Source: Eledone cirrhosa (lineage: Eukaryota). Taken from it: 64,000 nucleotides of DNA. The position numbers were made by a program, and so were the translations under genes. Below, piece by piece: positions 23,217 through 36,736 of the stretch. Each line of letters starts with the position of its first letter. The first letter of the stretch is position 1. The stretch is from the NCBI GenBank assembly GCA_964016885.1, contig OZ024744.1:104842001-104906000 (forward strand), in the 5' to 3' direction. The notes under the pieces are model-generated. The model had not been told where the DNA came from. It saw nothing but the letters and a program-made list of their open reading frames with translations, and did not search any database.

Positions 23217-26200
23217 GATTGCTGAGACTCACTTCATGGTCGACACAGGATCCAGTTGCAGTATTTGGCCTCTTCGATTCAGCTCTACCAAGCCAAATTT
23301 TTCCGGATTTCCTTGTATGCAGTAAACCAGTCTCCTATAAAAACTTATGGACAAATATCTTTATCATTGGACCTAACTTTGCGTCGAGATTTCAAATGGA
23401 TTTTCGTCATTGCGGACCTACCTCATCCTATTCTCGGTGCTGATTTTTTACACCACTATTCACTGTTGGTAGATGTCAGGAGACAGAAACTTGTGGATGG
23501 TGCCACATCCTTATCTACGCCTGCTCGTAGGTCTATTGCTACTGTCATAAGTCCCACGTGTTTTATAGCTGCCTCTGGAAACCAGTTTCATTCACTTCTT
23601 GCCTCGTTTCCAGAGTTAACTGACATTTCATTTAAACCGAACCAAGTAGTCCACTCGACTCGACACTTTATTACAACAACTGCTCCGCCTGTTTTTTCTC
23701 GTCCACTTAGGTTGGCTCCGGACAGGCTAAAGAAAGCCAAGGATGAGTTCGAACACATGCTTCAGCTTGGTCTTATACAACCGTCCACCAGCCCATGGGC
23801 ATTTCCGCTTCACTTGGCTCGTAAGGGTGAAGCGAATTTTAGACCTGTGGGAGATTATAGACGACTTAATGGCATCATTACACTTGATTGTTATCCTTTA
23901 CCAAATTTACAGGATTTTTCATCCGTTCTGCATGGATGCAAGATATTTTCTAAAATAGATCTGGTACGGGTTTACCATCAAATTCCCATGCCTCCAGAAG
24001 ACATACCAAAAACAGCTGTGACCACCCCTTTTGGTTCATTTGAATTTCTGTCCATGCCTTTTGGTTTGCAGAATGCCTCTAGTACGTTCCAACGTTTTTC
24101 GATGAAGACACGCGTGGATTGGATTTCGTGTTTTCTTACGTGGATGATCTCCTGATAGCCAGTGATTCAGCTGAGCATCATCATCAACATCTATCTCAGT
24201 TATTTCAACGTCTTCGATCGTACCAAGTCAGAATCAACCCAGCTAAATGTGTGTATGGTACAGCTTCACTGGAATTCCTTGGACATCTTATAGATTCGGA
24301 AGGCATACGATCTTTGCCATCTAAGGTAGAAGCGATTCAGCATATCGCACCACCCACCTCCCTGAAACAATTACGTCATTTCTTGGGATTAATTAACTTT
24401 TATCGTCGCTTCATTCCTAACTGTGCGGACAAGTTGTTCCCCTTGACACAGTTTTTAAAGGCTACAAAAAAGAAAGATGCTCCTATTTCACTTTCTGCCG
24501 ATGCTTTGCAGTCTTTTGAATCCGTCAAGTCTGAGCTAGCTGAAGTTTCCTTCCTCGCCCATCCTGTTGCAAACGCGAGACTTTCTTTATCTGTTGATGC
24601 ATCCGATCATGCTGTTGGAGCAGTTTTGCAACATGCGATCGACCACCAGGTTCAACTACTGGCGTTCTTCTCACGCCAACTAAAACCAGCAGAGCAACGT
24701 TACAGTACTTTTGACAGAGAGCTTTTAGCAGTTTATCTTGCTGTGAGACACTTCCACCATCTTCTTGAAGGTCGGGAGTTCAGGGTATTCACAGACCATA
24801 AACCACTCACATTCGCTCTTCAAACCAATTCCGACAGGTACTCTCCGAGAGCGTATAGGCATCTGGATCTCATCTCCCAGTATACCAGTGAGATTCGTCA
24901 TAGAGCTGGAACTGCCACCATACCTGCGGATGCACTATCTCGACTTTCTGTGTGTTCTCTTGCATCTCCTGGACACATCGATTTGGTTGCCATAGCAACT
25001 GACCAACCTACTTTGGATTCGTTGGACATTTCTTCTACCCAGCTTTCCTGCTGTAAATTAGAATATTTACTTCTTCCGTCTTCTGAAGGAAAAATTCTTT
25101 GCGATATTTCTACTGGTTCACCCAGACCACTTGTTCCGGATTGTCATCAGCGTACCGTTTTTGATGCACTTCATTCCTTGTCACACCCTGGCATAGCTGC
25201 CATGGTGAAGCTTATTACGGCTCGATTCTTCTGGCCTAACATGCATCGTTTAATCACCGGTTGGGCACGCTCTTGTTTGAAGTGTCAGCGCTCTAAGATT
25301 TATCGGCATGTCCGCGCTCCTCTTGGGAAATTCAGCCCGCCAGATGCACGTTTCCGTCATATACACATGGATATAGTTGGTCCGTGGCCCGTTAGTCGTG
25401 GGTTCACATATATATTGACTTGTATTGATCGTTTCTCTCAGTGGCCTGAAGCCATACCCCTCATGGACATAACAGCAGAGTCTGTTGCCCAAGCTTTCAT
25501 TTCCAATTGGATTGCTCGCTTTGGTATTCCTACTAAAATAACTACGGATCGTGGATGCCAATTTGAAGCTTCCTTATTTCATGAAATATCACGACTCTTG
25601 GGTGCTTATCACATTCATACGACCAGCTATCACCCAGCCTCCAATGGAATGGGGGAGAGGTTTCATAGACAGTTGAAAGCTGCACTTTGCGTTACTTCTG
25701 ATCCGCAACGTTGGACCAAATTTTTGCCAATCGTGCTTCTTGGTTGTCGTTCTGCCATTAAGACAGATTTAGGTTTTTCTTCTGCTGAACTTCTTTATGG
25801 TACCACATTGACTCTTCCTGGACAAATGTTAGCACCAGTAGATTCATCGCATCTTGACCCAGCATCATATGTCACCAGGATTCGTTCGTATTTCTCGGAT
25901 CTTCCACCAATGAACCCTCGTGACCAGTCTATTTCTTCTGCTGTCCGATCAGACATCTCTACATGGACATACATTTTTATAAGGAATGATTCCGTCAAGG
26001 GACCGCTTATGTCACCCTACAATAGACCTTTTCGTGTGCTTTCGCACACACCCAAACATTTCACAGTGGCTGTCAATGGTCGAAAAGAGACAATATCCAT
26101 TGACAGAGCAAAGAAGGCTTTCTCTGAAAGTCTCATTACACTGCCTGACATACCTCGTACATACACTCCCACACCAACACCTTCACCTCCACCGCAAACA

Positions 26201-26284
26201 CTACATACCAGACAACCTTATGTCACACGAGGTGGCAGGACGGTAAAATGGCCACGAAAACTCTCAAAAATAATATACATCTAA
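23217..26284 (+). mobile_element. Ty3/Gypsy pol (CsRn1/Kabuki-like): PR-RT-RH-IN with two frameshifts
   Basis: FMVDTGS at ~23233-23253, ILGADFL, DYRRLN, YVDD, VDASD, HPG..CLKC, integrase DDE motifs. Confidence 0.93.
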
Positions 26285-26621
26285 CCCCTAGTGGCATTAA
26301 CAAACCTTTTTTTTCAGTTTTCAGATAGAACTAGTGTCAGAAAAGTCTGTACACTGGTGATGTATGAACTATTTGACTTTGAAAAACTTTGAACTTACCA
26401 TTGAGCATTAATTTTTCTCTGCTCCCTTATATTGACTTTGAATTATCAGTTTGTTACATTCACATTTTTCTTTGTAAAATGCATTTACTTGTTTTGTACT
26501 TTTTTGTTATTTGCTTGCTCATGTTTTTATTCATTTACTTTCTTGTACTTTTTGCTATGCTCCTCATTTCTTACGGGTTCTCGCTACAATGACCTTCGAT
26601 TGGTTATTCGACTTCTCGTCT

Positions 26622-26893
26622 GAGAGGGGAGTCTTGTAGCGCTCTCTAGACAAGGGAAGTAGCTAGAGTTACTTCCCGTTGAAATTCTAGAACCTTCCTT
26701 TTAAATTCCGTTCAAGGGATTATAAAAGATGGAACTGAAAGTCATCTTTCTCTCTTTGCCGGTTAACCCTTGAAGTAATCACATTGAGTGCAAGCATGCT
26801 AACCTTTTTCCAACCACCTCTTATGGTTCAGGATTATACTTTGTCATGCCACGAGGTACATTTGCTTACCTCATATGTAATTGACGGACTACA
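26622..26893 (+). mobile_element. PPT and 3' LTR of the Gypsy (LTR starts 26636; end uncertain, about 26860-26893)
   Basis: gagaggggagtct followed by TGTAG; TATAAAA at ~26721. Confidence 0.7.
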
Positions 26894-27885
26894 ATAAACG
26901 CAAGTCATTTTGATACTTGTTTTGAGAAACTTATACGCTTTAGTTATTACTTCAAATGTAGTGAAAGATAATTCTCACGCGAAATGAAATTGTATGAAAA
27001 TTCTCCTATCTCATATTTCTATTAAATTTAGTAGTTGGGATCCGGTGGTACTTACTGGAGTAAGTAACCCTGGGACCAGCTCACTAAAGTTATTTCCAAT
27101 AAATTAATAAAATAGCTGTTTTGTATTATCGTGGTTTATTTATATATATTCATTTTCTGCGTGATCAAGGAACTATCATATCATCATCATCTTATTGAAC
27201 ACTTACTGCACACATGCAACCTCTGGTCACACTGTATCACACAACAGTGACCACACGGCACAGCAAGCTACAAGTGAGCACACACACACACAACAAACGA
27301 ATCAGCACAACACAACCAACTGTGAATAAAAAACGATTTCCTTTTCTCCTGAGAACATGAAATTTTATATTGCAGCAATGTAAATAGTTTTGATTTTATT
27401 ATTTGATGTTGTTTTTTTAATGAGTAATAAAAATGTTGAGCTGAAATTTAAACTAAACATTTTAAGGTCGATATAAGATACGTCATAATTTATGAGTTAA
27501 CCTCTGTGTGAGTCAGTATAAAGCTGTGAAGGTATGAAAGTCGCGATGTGGTGTGCGTTAGACTATAATATTCTTGAATGGCTTCAAGCAGTCCAACGAA
27601 TATAACACCGCATTGTTTCAATCAGTCGACAAGTACTTGACACACACCATAAACTGAATGCTAACTTGTACTCACATATATATATACGGAAATAAGTATG
27701 TAATATGTATGTATCTGTGTGCATGTATGTATGTATGTATGTATGTGTGTATGTATGTGTGTATGTATGTATATGTATGTATGAATCTATGTATGTATAT
27801 GTATGTATGCATGCATGTATGTATGCATGTATGTATGTATGTATGCATGTATGTATGTATGCATGTATGTATGTATGTGTGTATG

Positions 27886-28468
27886 TAACATGTATCCCAG
27901 TACAACCTGTCTCATGGTCGGGTCGTTGGCGACTAAACTGGCAACCCCACCAAGGTTTCTTGGTGAGGAGGGTGACTTTGGACATCCTGCAGGACTAAAA
28001 ACAAAACCTGTCAAAGGGCAAAGGAGCTCTTAAGAGTCAATGGCCATCCAAAATCACCGGGAGAGATGACCCCTTAGCCTTTGTCAAGGCAGAATTCTAG
28101 GAGAAGGAAAACTCTGATGTAACACCTGCAACCCTGATGGTATCCAATGATGTTGACTTGTTCTTCTTTTTGGTAAATATCATCTTGGTTAAGAGAGTGG
28201 GACTGGCTTTGTGCAGTGCCTTTGCTCACTATAAAAGCTTCACGGCACAGGCATTGCTTTATATCTGGAGATCTCTCTGCACTTGTTGTCACATGGTACC
28301 ATGGGCCCAGCACTATGTGTCAATAATTGTCACAAGTGTAGTGTTTGTACCAGAGTTTTCAAGTCGCTGGCTGGACTAAAAAGTCACAGTCGTTCAGCGC
28401 ATCGGTAGGGGTTCTCCTACATGGATATAAAGTAGTGGCCGTACTCGAAAACGAGTTGGCAGCCACCA
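27886..28468 (+). mobile_element. Non-autonomous RTE-derived element inserted in (TATG)n
   Basis: RTE 5'UTR-like ctaggagaaggaaaactctga; 3' end tactcgaaaacgagttggcagccacc shared with 31659-31700 and 37790-37830(-). Confidence 0.65.
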
Positions 28469-28712
28469 TGTGTGTATGTATGTATGTATGTATGTGTGTA
28501 TGTATATGTGTATGTGTGTATATGTATGTATGAATCTATGTATGTATATGTATGTATGCATGCATGTATGTATGCATGTATGTATGTATGTATGCATGTA
28601 TGTATGTATGTATGTATGTATGTGTGTATGTATGTATGTATGTATGTGTGTATGTATATGTGTATGTGTGTATGTATGTATGTATGTGTGTATGTATGTG
28701 TGTATGTGTGTA

Positions 28713-31460
28713 TGGCATCTTTTGGACTACGTCCTAGTCAGGATGCGTGACAGACAGGATGTGCGGTGTGTTCGTGTTCTTCGTGGAGCTGAGTGCTGGA
28801 CGGACCACCGCCTGGTACGCGCAAAAGTGAATCTAATCACCAAACGTAAAATCCGGGCTCCTGGTGTTACCCTGCCCAAAAGATTGAATGCTGCTCGTCT
28901 TAAGGATAAAAATGTGAAGAGGACATTGGAAGAAGAGATGCAGGCTGCAGATCTTGGTGAGGATTGGCCGACCCTTAAAAAGTCGGTTTATGATGTAGGC
29001 AGACGTGTTCTGGGATTGGTGCAGAGAAAACATCAGGACTGGTTTAATGAGAAAGATGTGCATATAGATGACTTGTTGGCTGATAAGAGGCGCGCTCTGT
29101 CACGCTACTTGACGGCAAGACCACAGGAGAGGAATACGTTGCATGAGGAGCTCAGGGATGTAAAATCACGTGTTAGGCGGAGTCTTTCTCAGATGAAGGA
29201 TCAGTGGTGGAGTGAGAAGGCTGGTGAGATACAAACTGCGTCTGATTGCAATAACACAAAGCTGTTGTACAGTCTCTTGCGTGAGGTTTATGGACCGTCT
29301 TCTTCTCTGGTGACACCGATTCGCAGCAAGGATGGCAAAGAACTTCTTCGTGACTCACAGGGAATTCTACGAAGGTGGCGGGAGCACTTTGATGATCTTT
29401 TGAATCAGCCGTCTGTCGTCAGTGAAGATTTCCTCAATCTCATTCCGGAAAGTCCTGTGAAAGTAGCTCTCGCAGAGCCTCCGACACTTGTGGAGGTTGC
29501 AGTGGCTATTTCGAAGCTGAACAGTGGAAGATCTCCAGGTATGGATGGCATACATGCTGAGCTCCTACAATATGGTGGTGAGAGACTCCTGCAATATCTT
29601 CACTCTCTGTTTGGAAGGATATGGGCTAATGAATCCGTGCCTGAGGACTGGAGAGATGCAGTAATGGTGGTCTTGTACAAGGGGAAGGGTAACAGGAATG
29701 ATTGTGGGAACTACAGAGGTATATCATTGCTTTCTGTCGTGGGGAAAGTTTTATGTAGGGTGCTTCTGGACCGTCTGCTGACACACATTGCAGATTGTGT
29801 CCTTCCTGAAAGTCAATCTGGTTTTCGTGTTGGACGCGGCACTACTGATGTGATCTTCTCAGCTAGACAGCTCCAGGAGAAGTGCATTGAACAGGGCTTG
29901 GATCTGTATCAGGTTTTTGTCGATCTGACAAAGGCTTTCGATACTGTCAACAGAGATGCATTATGGAAGGTTCTCCAGAAACTTGGTTGCCCTGATAAGT
30001 TCCTTGCTTTAGTTAGGTCTTTCCATGACGACATGAAGGCTTGGGTTAATGTCGGAGGTAACATGTCGGAGCCTATCTCAGTAAAAAATGGAGTGAAACA
30101 GGGGGATATTCCAGCACCGACCCTGTTTGCCATATACTTTGCAATGGTTTTCTGTATTGCATTCAGGAATTGCGAGCATGGTGTTTACATCCGATATCGA
30201 ACCTCAGGCAGCATATTTAACATCAGGCGCTTTGCTGCGAAGACAAAAGTATTTACATCAGTCATAAGAGACCTCCTGTATGCAGATGATTGCGATCTTG
30301 TAGCGCACACAGAGAGTGATATGCAGCACATTTTGAATGTATTTTCTGACGCTTGCACTGCCCTGGGTTTGACTGTCAGTCTCAAGAAAACCGTCGTCAT
30401 GTACCAACCTGCACCTGGTAGGCAGTACACTGAACCAAACATCTATGTGTATGGCAAACGACTTGGAGTGGTTGATCAGTTTGTCTACCTGGGAAGCACT
30501 GTCAATCGATACGGCAACCTTGACGGTGAAATCTCACTTAGGATTAGGAAAGCAAGTGATGCTTTCGGAAAGCTAGAAAGGCGACTCTGGGGTCGGCGAG
30601 ACATATGCAGGAGGACAAAGGTAAGGGTGTACAGGGCATGTGTACTCTCTTGTCTTCTTTATGCCTGCGAGACCTGGGTCACATATCGACGCCACCTTAA
30701 GCAATTGGAGCGTTTCCATCAGATGTGTCTCAGACGGATACATGGCGTTCGCTGGAGGGACCACATCAGTGATGTCGAGATTTTGGAAAGCTCTATGTGT
30801 GACAGTATAGAAGCTCTTGTGCTTAAGCAGCGACTCCGTTGGAGTGGTCACCTTGCCAGGATGAAGGATTCTAGAATACCAAAACAACTCTTCTATGGAG
30901 AGTTGGTTAAAGGAAAACGACCGCCACATAAACCAAAAAAGAGGTATAAGGATTCCTTGAAGGCCTCTCTGAAAGACGCTAACATCTCTGCTGATACATG
31001 GGAAAATATTGCTGCTGATCGTAATAAATGGAGAAAGACTGTATATGAGGGAAAAGTTGCCTTTGAGGCATCTCGAATCGCACACGAGAAAGTAAAGCGG
31101 GACGTGAGGAAGGGTATTGCTGTTGCACTTCCAGACGGCGAGGGTCCTCCTATGTTTCTGACATGCAGCGTCTGTGCGAGACTCTGCCTAAGCAAAGCTG
31201 GACTCGAAAGTCATCTTCGCAGTCATAAAGTAAGACCAGTGGTTGACTACCAGGCTGCTGTTGGAGATGCTACTCATCATGCTTGCCAAACATGTGGTAG
31301 AGAATGTAAATCAGCAGGAGGACTCAAGCGACATGCAAAAGTACACGAACTCCAACCACAGCCGACTATTCCCAGTAAATGTTTTGGTTGCCGACTCTGT
31401 GCAAGACATTTTGGATCATTGGCTGGGCTAAAAAGCCACATTCGATCGCAGCACTGTTAG
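28713..31460 (+). CDS. RTE LINE ORF: 5'-truncated AP endonuclease, reverse transcriptase, three C2H2 zinc fingers; no stops
   Basis: LLDY..TDHRLV, SPGMDGI, NYRGISLL, FVDLTKAFD, GVKQG, LLYADD, FVYLGS, LRWSGH; CSVC..HLRSH, CQTC..HAKVH, CRLC..HIRSQH. Confidence 0.95.
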   Translation, partial: WHLLDYVLVRMRDRQDVRCVRVLRGAECWTDHRLVRAKVNLITKRKIRAPGVTLPKRLNAARLKDKNVKRTLEEEMQAADLGEDWPTLKKSVYDVGRRVLGLVQRKHQDWFNEKDVHIDDLLADKRRALSRYLTARPQERNTLHEELRDVKSRVRRSLSQMKDQWWSEKAGEIQTASDCNNTKLLYSLLREVYGPSSSLVTPIRSKDGKELLRDSQGILRRWREHFDDLLNQPSVVSEDFLNLIPESPVKVALAEPPTLVEVAVAISKLNSGRSPGMDGIHAELLQYGGERLLQYLHSLFGRIWANESVPEDWRDAVMVVLYKGKGNRNDCGNYRGISLLSVVGKVLCRVLLDRLLTHIADCVLPESQSGFRVGRGTTDVIFSARQLQEKCIEQGLDLYQVFVDLTKAFDTVNRDALWKVLQKLGCPDKFLALVRSFHDDMKAWVNVGGNMSEPISVKNGVKQGDIPAPTLFAIYFAMVFCIAFRNCEHGVYIRYRTSGSIFNIRRFAAKTKVFTSVIRDLLYADDCDLVAHTESDMQHILNVFSDACTALGLTVSLKKTVVMYQPAPGRQYTEPNIYVYGKRLGVVDQFVYLGSTVNRYGNLDGEISLRIRKASDAFGKLERRLWGRRDICRRTKVRVYRACVLSCLLYACETWVTYRRHLKQLERFHQMCLRRIHGVRWRDHISDVEILESSMCDSIEALVLKQRLRWSGHLARMKDSRIPKQLFYGELVKGKRPPHKPKKRYKDSLKASLKDANISADTWENIAADRNKWRKTVYEGKVAFEASRIAHEKVKRDVRKGIAVALPDGEGPPMFLTCSVCARLCLSKAGLESHLRSHKVRPVVDYQAAVGDATHHACQTCGRECKSAGGLKRHAKVHELQPQPTIPSKCFGCRLCARHFGSLAGLKSHIRSQHC

Positions 31461-31468
31461 TTGCTATC

Positions 31469-31508
<40 letters not shown>

Positions 31509-31587
31509 GCTTATGTGCGTGCGTGTGTGTGTATATATATATGAATATGTATATTATTATTGTTGTTGTCGTTATTATTATTATTGC

Positions 31588-31633
<46 letters not shown>

Positions 31634-32019
31634 TTTTTTATTTTTTTTTTTTTTTATTGTGCAATGGCCATACTCGATAACGAGGGGGCAGCCATCATCA
31701 TGTATGTGTGTATGTATATGTGTATGTGTGTATATGTATGTATGAATCTATGTATGTATATGTATGTATGCATGCATGTATGTATGCATGTATGTATGTA
31801 TGTATGTATGTATGTATGTATGTATGTATGTATGTATGTATGTATGTGTGTATGTATGTGTGTATGTATGTATATGTATGTATGAATCTATGTATGTATA
31901 TGTATGTATGCATGCATGTATGTATGCATGTATGTATGTATGTATGTATGTATGTATGTATGTATGTATGTATGTATGTATGTATGTGTGTATGTATATG
32001 TGTATGTGTGTATGTATGT

Positions 32020-34054
32020 GTTTCTCTTTCTCTTAATTTAAAGTCCATTTTTGACCTGCCACCTTCCTGTTGGCAAGGTTGTAAAAGAAAGGAAATTGTC
32101 ATCCCTTGAATTGCAAGAATATTTTGCAAATTTTGAAGGTGCCAGCTATCACAGCCATTTGTAGTCTATGAATTAGGGAGCTGCGCTCTTTGTCCACAAA
32201 TCCAAGTTCAGTTATACTTTGGCCCTGGGCGGGTATATAACCTGTAGCTCTCATCATGATGGGTATGAAGTTGAAGGTGTATCTTGGATACTGGATCTGC
32301 AAACTCCTCATCAATGGCCCGTAGATGTCCTCCCCCTCTTGTATTTTTCTTACAACATTGACATCAAGTGGGCAGCTGATCTCTACAACAGAGCACATCT
32401 TCAATGTGTGCCCCCAAACAACAATATCAGGCCAGTTGTGCTTTAATTTGATGGCAGTTTTTATTTTCAGGTTCCACCAGTATTCCTTAGTGCCATCTAT
32501 CTCAACATATTCCTCCTTATTTGTTTTTAATTTTGTTTTTCTTAGTGCATTCCAGATGGTTCTAGTTATCACATCGTGTCTCATAGGGAGGTAGTAGCGA
32601 GACGACATTCTTTCGCAGTTGGCAACAATGTGGCTAACATCTTAGATCTTTGTTTTACATAGCCTACATTTATTGTCGACTGATGGCCCTCCTCTTTTAT
32701 GTAGCAGATATTTGGTAGGAATTTCTTGTTCCTGTACTGGATAGAGATATTGTTCAAGGTGGGATGTCATAAACTTGTCAGAACTCCATGCCAGGCTCTT
32801 TGGATGATTTATCTCCTCTTTGGTCTGTGTTTTTTGTCTTATGTACATTTTCTCTGTAAATTAGTTCATTTTTTAATCTTGTTTAAGCATTGAATACGAT
32901 CTTCCAATGTTCCGAGGAGAGAGATTTATATCAGGCCTTATTCCATGTCTCTCTTCCAGAGCAACCTATCCTAATGATATTATTTCCTTCATATTCATAA
33001 ACCTGGGCAAGATGGTTGCTGACCTTTTTCTTCAGTGTTACTATCCAAGTCTCGTATGATGTTAATATGGATTTTAGACCCCAGCCACCTTCCTTGGATT
33101 TAATATGGATTTTAGACCCCAGCCACCTATCCACAACACCATTGATGTTAAAGTTTCCAGTAACACTGAGAAGATTGCAAGTTATTACATCCATCTCACT
33201 TAGTTCTTGCAATGACCAGTTCAGCAGACCAAATGTTGGTGTTAGGATTGGTGGCATAAAATAAGTATTGTGGGCAATGTTTTTTTTTGTACACTGATAG
33301 TTCTAATGACCATATTTCCTTTAATCTCTTGAGGTATTCAGTTCTGGTTCTCTCCTTATTTATGGGTCCATCATATCTGACATTCTCATCCTGCCCAAGA
33401 TATCTGTAGTTATCACCTGATTGTAGAGGTTGTATTGTCAAGCCATTCATCCCTAGATTTCCAGAGGAGGGCACAACCCTTCCACATTTTAGTGTCAATA
33501 TGTACATTTGGGCTCACCATATTTTATTCTGATGTCTGCAGAAAATTGTGTAATGAGGTCCAATTGTTTTTGATATAATTGATATTTGGCCCATACAACT
33601 TCAGGTCATCAACAAAGAAAAGATGGGAGATACTTCTGGACCCACTTCTATGACCACTTTGTTTTGTGAGCAGGTATGATAGTGGGTTTAGTGAGAGGAC
33701 GAAAAGCAGCACTCAGAGGCATAACCAGGGAAAATAGCACCTATGGCAAGCAGTGATATTGTGCCCCCGCCCAGCACTGTATTTTTTTACCTAGGGGTCT
33801 AATAATTTATATAAATAGTTTAATGATCCAGCCACCATAGTGTTCTCACCCATGATAGAGACAGATTATATACCTGAAGGAGTTTCTTTTTTCACTCTCT
33901 GACAAGGCTTATTTGACTTTAATGGAACGTGCTCTTAGTCCAGGTGGCGCCCATGGCACGTGCCATGCTTGCCAATACCCAAGTTATGCCTCTGGCAGCA
34001 TTGACAATCTGAAAGGTGCCTTTCTTGTAATGTATCGTATCAATCTGGTGCATG
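32020..34054 (-). mobile_element. R4/Dong-like non-LTR retrotransposon (RT, CCHC, restriction-like endonuclease), decayed
   Basis: LFVLSLNPLS, SHLFFVDDLKLY, YRYLG, EGGWGL, CRLC..HIVANC, RHD, PDIVVW..EISCP. Confidence 0.9.
33714..33994. mobile_element. hAT-type MITE nested in the Dong RT
   Basis: TIR cagaggcataac/gttatgcctctg; 8-bp TSD gcagcact/gcagcatt. Confidence 0.85.
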
Positions 34055-34056
34055 TA

Positions 34057-35345
34057 AGAGGGGGCTTCAAAAAGTTTGTGGGAAAAGTACATCATATGCA
34101 GGGATTTGATCTCATTGCACCTGTATGTTCTTGTACTAACGTGTCATAACATGTTCTAACATGAACCCTTAAATGCATGTTGCAACATGGCGCTGCCAGC
34201 CGGAAGTCAGCACCCGCTCGTGCAACATGGCTTCAATCAAAATTGAGGCCAGGATAAAAACATCAAATTCATGATGAAGCTAGAGTAGAAAAGCAGCCAA
34301 ATCATTGATGCTCTCAAGCAAGTTTATGGGGACAATGCCCCAAAGAAATCAACAACCTACAAATGAATAAGTCGTTTTAGAAGTGGAAGAGATGAAGTTA
34401 AAGATGATCCCCACAGTGGCAAGCCATCCACGTCAGTCTGTGTGGAAAACATTGATACTGTTCACGACCTAATTGAAAAGAGTAGGTGAATAACCACTGA
34501 ATCAGTAGCTGACACACTCAAGATCTCCATGTGTTCTGCACATGCAATTCTGATGGAGAGTTTGGAGCTGAGCAAGATTTCCACTTGATGGCTGCCAAAG
34601 CTGTTGAGTTCAGATCAGCAGCAAACAAGGGCAGATCTTTCGATGTAAATTTTGAACAAGTGGGATGAAGACCCTGAAGTTTTTCTACAGAGAACTGTTA
34701 CCAGGGATGAAACATGGCTCTGCCAGTACAATCCTAAGGAGAAGACTCAATTGAAGCAGTGGCTGCCAAGGGGTGGAAGTGGACCAGTCAAGGTAAAATT
34801 GGAATTTTCAAGCGGGAAGGTCATGGCCACTGTCTTCTGAGATGCAGAGGGGATTTTGCTGGTTGACTTCTTCGAGAACAAGAGAAGAATTACAGTTGCA
34901 TATCATAAAGGCGTTTTGAGAAAACTGGCCAAGAAAATCACGGAAAAATGCCTGGGGAAGCTACATCGGTGCATTCTCTTCTACCACAACAATGCGCCTG
35001 CTCACGGAACTCGGTGGACTTGAGCTGTGTTATGCGAATTTCGATGGGAAATCATTTGACCCCACCATACAGTCCCAATTTAGCCCCATCCAACTTCTTT
35101 TTGTTTCCAAACCTGAAAATATTGAAAGGTTCCCATTTTCCAACAGTTAAAAGATGTAAAAAAAACTACTTTGACATGGTTTAAATCACATGGTCCTCAG
35201 TTTTACACAGATGGACTTAAAAGCTGGTATCAATGCTTGCAGAAGTGTATTGACCTAGATGGAGCATATGTAGAAAAATAAACATCATAACTTAAACCGT
35301 TTTTGACAAATGTCCTTTTTCCATAAACTTTTTGAAGTACTCTCG
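34057..35345 (+). mobile_element. Full-length mariner (Hsmar2/irritans-like) with pseudogenised transposase (~34227-35283)
   Basis: TA TSDs, ~30-bp TIRs (cttcaaaaagttt), WLPK, TRDETW, HNNAPAH, YSPNLAPSNF. Confidence 0.92.
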
Positions 35346-36142
35346 TATGTATGTATGTATGTATGTATGTATGTATGTATGTATGTATGTATGTATGTAT
35401 GTATGTATGTATGTATGTATGTATGTATGTATGTATGAATGTATGTATGTATGAATGTATGTATGTATGTATGTATGTATGTATGTATGTATGTATGTAT
35501 GTATGAATGTATGTATGTTTTCTCTTTCTCTTAATTTTGAGTATATTTTTTTGACCGGCCACCTTCCTGGTGGCAAGGTTGTAAAAGAAAAGAAATTGTC
35601 ATCCCTTGAATCGCAAGAATGTTTTGCAAATTTTGAAGGTGCCAGCTATCGCAGCCATTTGTAGACTATGAAATAGGGAGCTGCGCTTTTTGTCCGCAAA
35701 TCCAAGTTCAGTCATACTTTGGTCCAAGCGGGTTGGTATATAACCCGTAGCTCCAATAATGATGGGTATGAAGCTAAAGGTGTATCTTGGATACTGGATT
35801 TGTATGAATGTATGTATGTATGTATGTATGTATGTATGAATGTATGTATGAATGTATGTATGTATGTATGTATGTATGTATGTATGTATGTATGTATGTA
35901 TGTATGTATGTATGTATGTATGTATGTATGAATGTATGTATGAATGTATGTATGTATGTATGTATGTATGTATGAATGAATGTATGAATGTATGTATGTA
36001 TGTATGTATGTATGTATGTATGTATGTATGTATGTATGTATGTATGTATGTATGAATGTATGTATGAATGTATGTATGAATGTATGTATGTATGAATGTA
36101 TGTATGTATGTATGTATGTATGTATGTATGTATGTATGAATG

Positions 36143-36173
<31 letters not shown>

Positions 36174-36402
36174 GTATGTATTTATGTATGTATGTATGAA
36201 TGTATGTATGTATGTATGTATGTATGTATGTATGAATGTATGTATGTATGTTTGTATGAATGTATGTATGTATGTATGTATGTATGTATGTATGTATGTA
36301 TGTATGTATGTATGTATGTATGAATGTATGTATGTATGTATGTATGTATGTATGTATGTATATATGTATGTATGAATGTATGTATGTATGTATGTATGTA
36401 TG

Positions 36403-36436
<34 letters not shown>

Positions 36437-36702
36437 TGTATGTATGTATGTATGTATGTATGAATGTATGTATGTATGTATGTATGTATGTATGTATGTA
36501 TGTGTGTATGTATGTATGTATGTATATATGTATGTAAGTATGTATGTATGTATGTATGTATGTATGAATGTATGTATGAATGTATGTATGTATGTATGTA
36601 TGTATGTATGTATGTATGTATGTATGTATGTATGTATGTATGTATGTATGTATGAATGTATGTATGTATATATGTATGTATGTATTTATGTATGTATGTA
36701 TG

Positions 36703-36736
<34 letters not shown>

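Noticed and set aside
28470-28712. N-terminal extension of the RTE ORF
   Set aside because: (TATG)n sequence that is in frame by chance; the element begins at about 28713.
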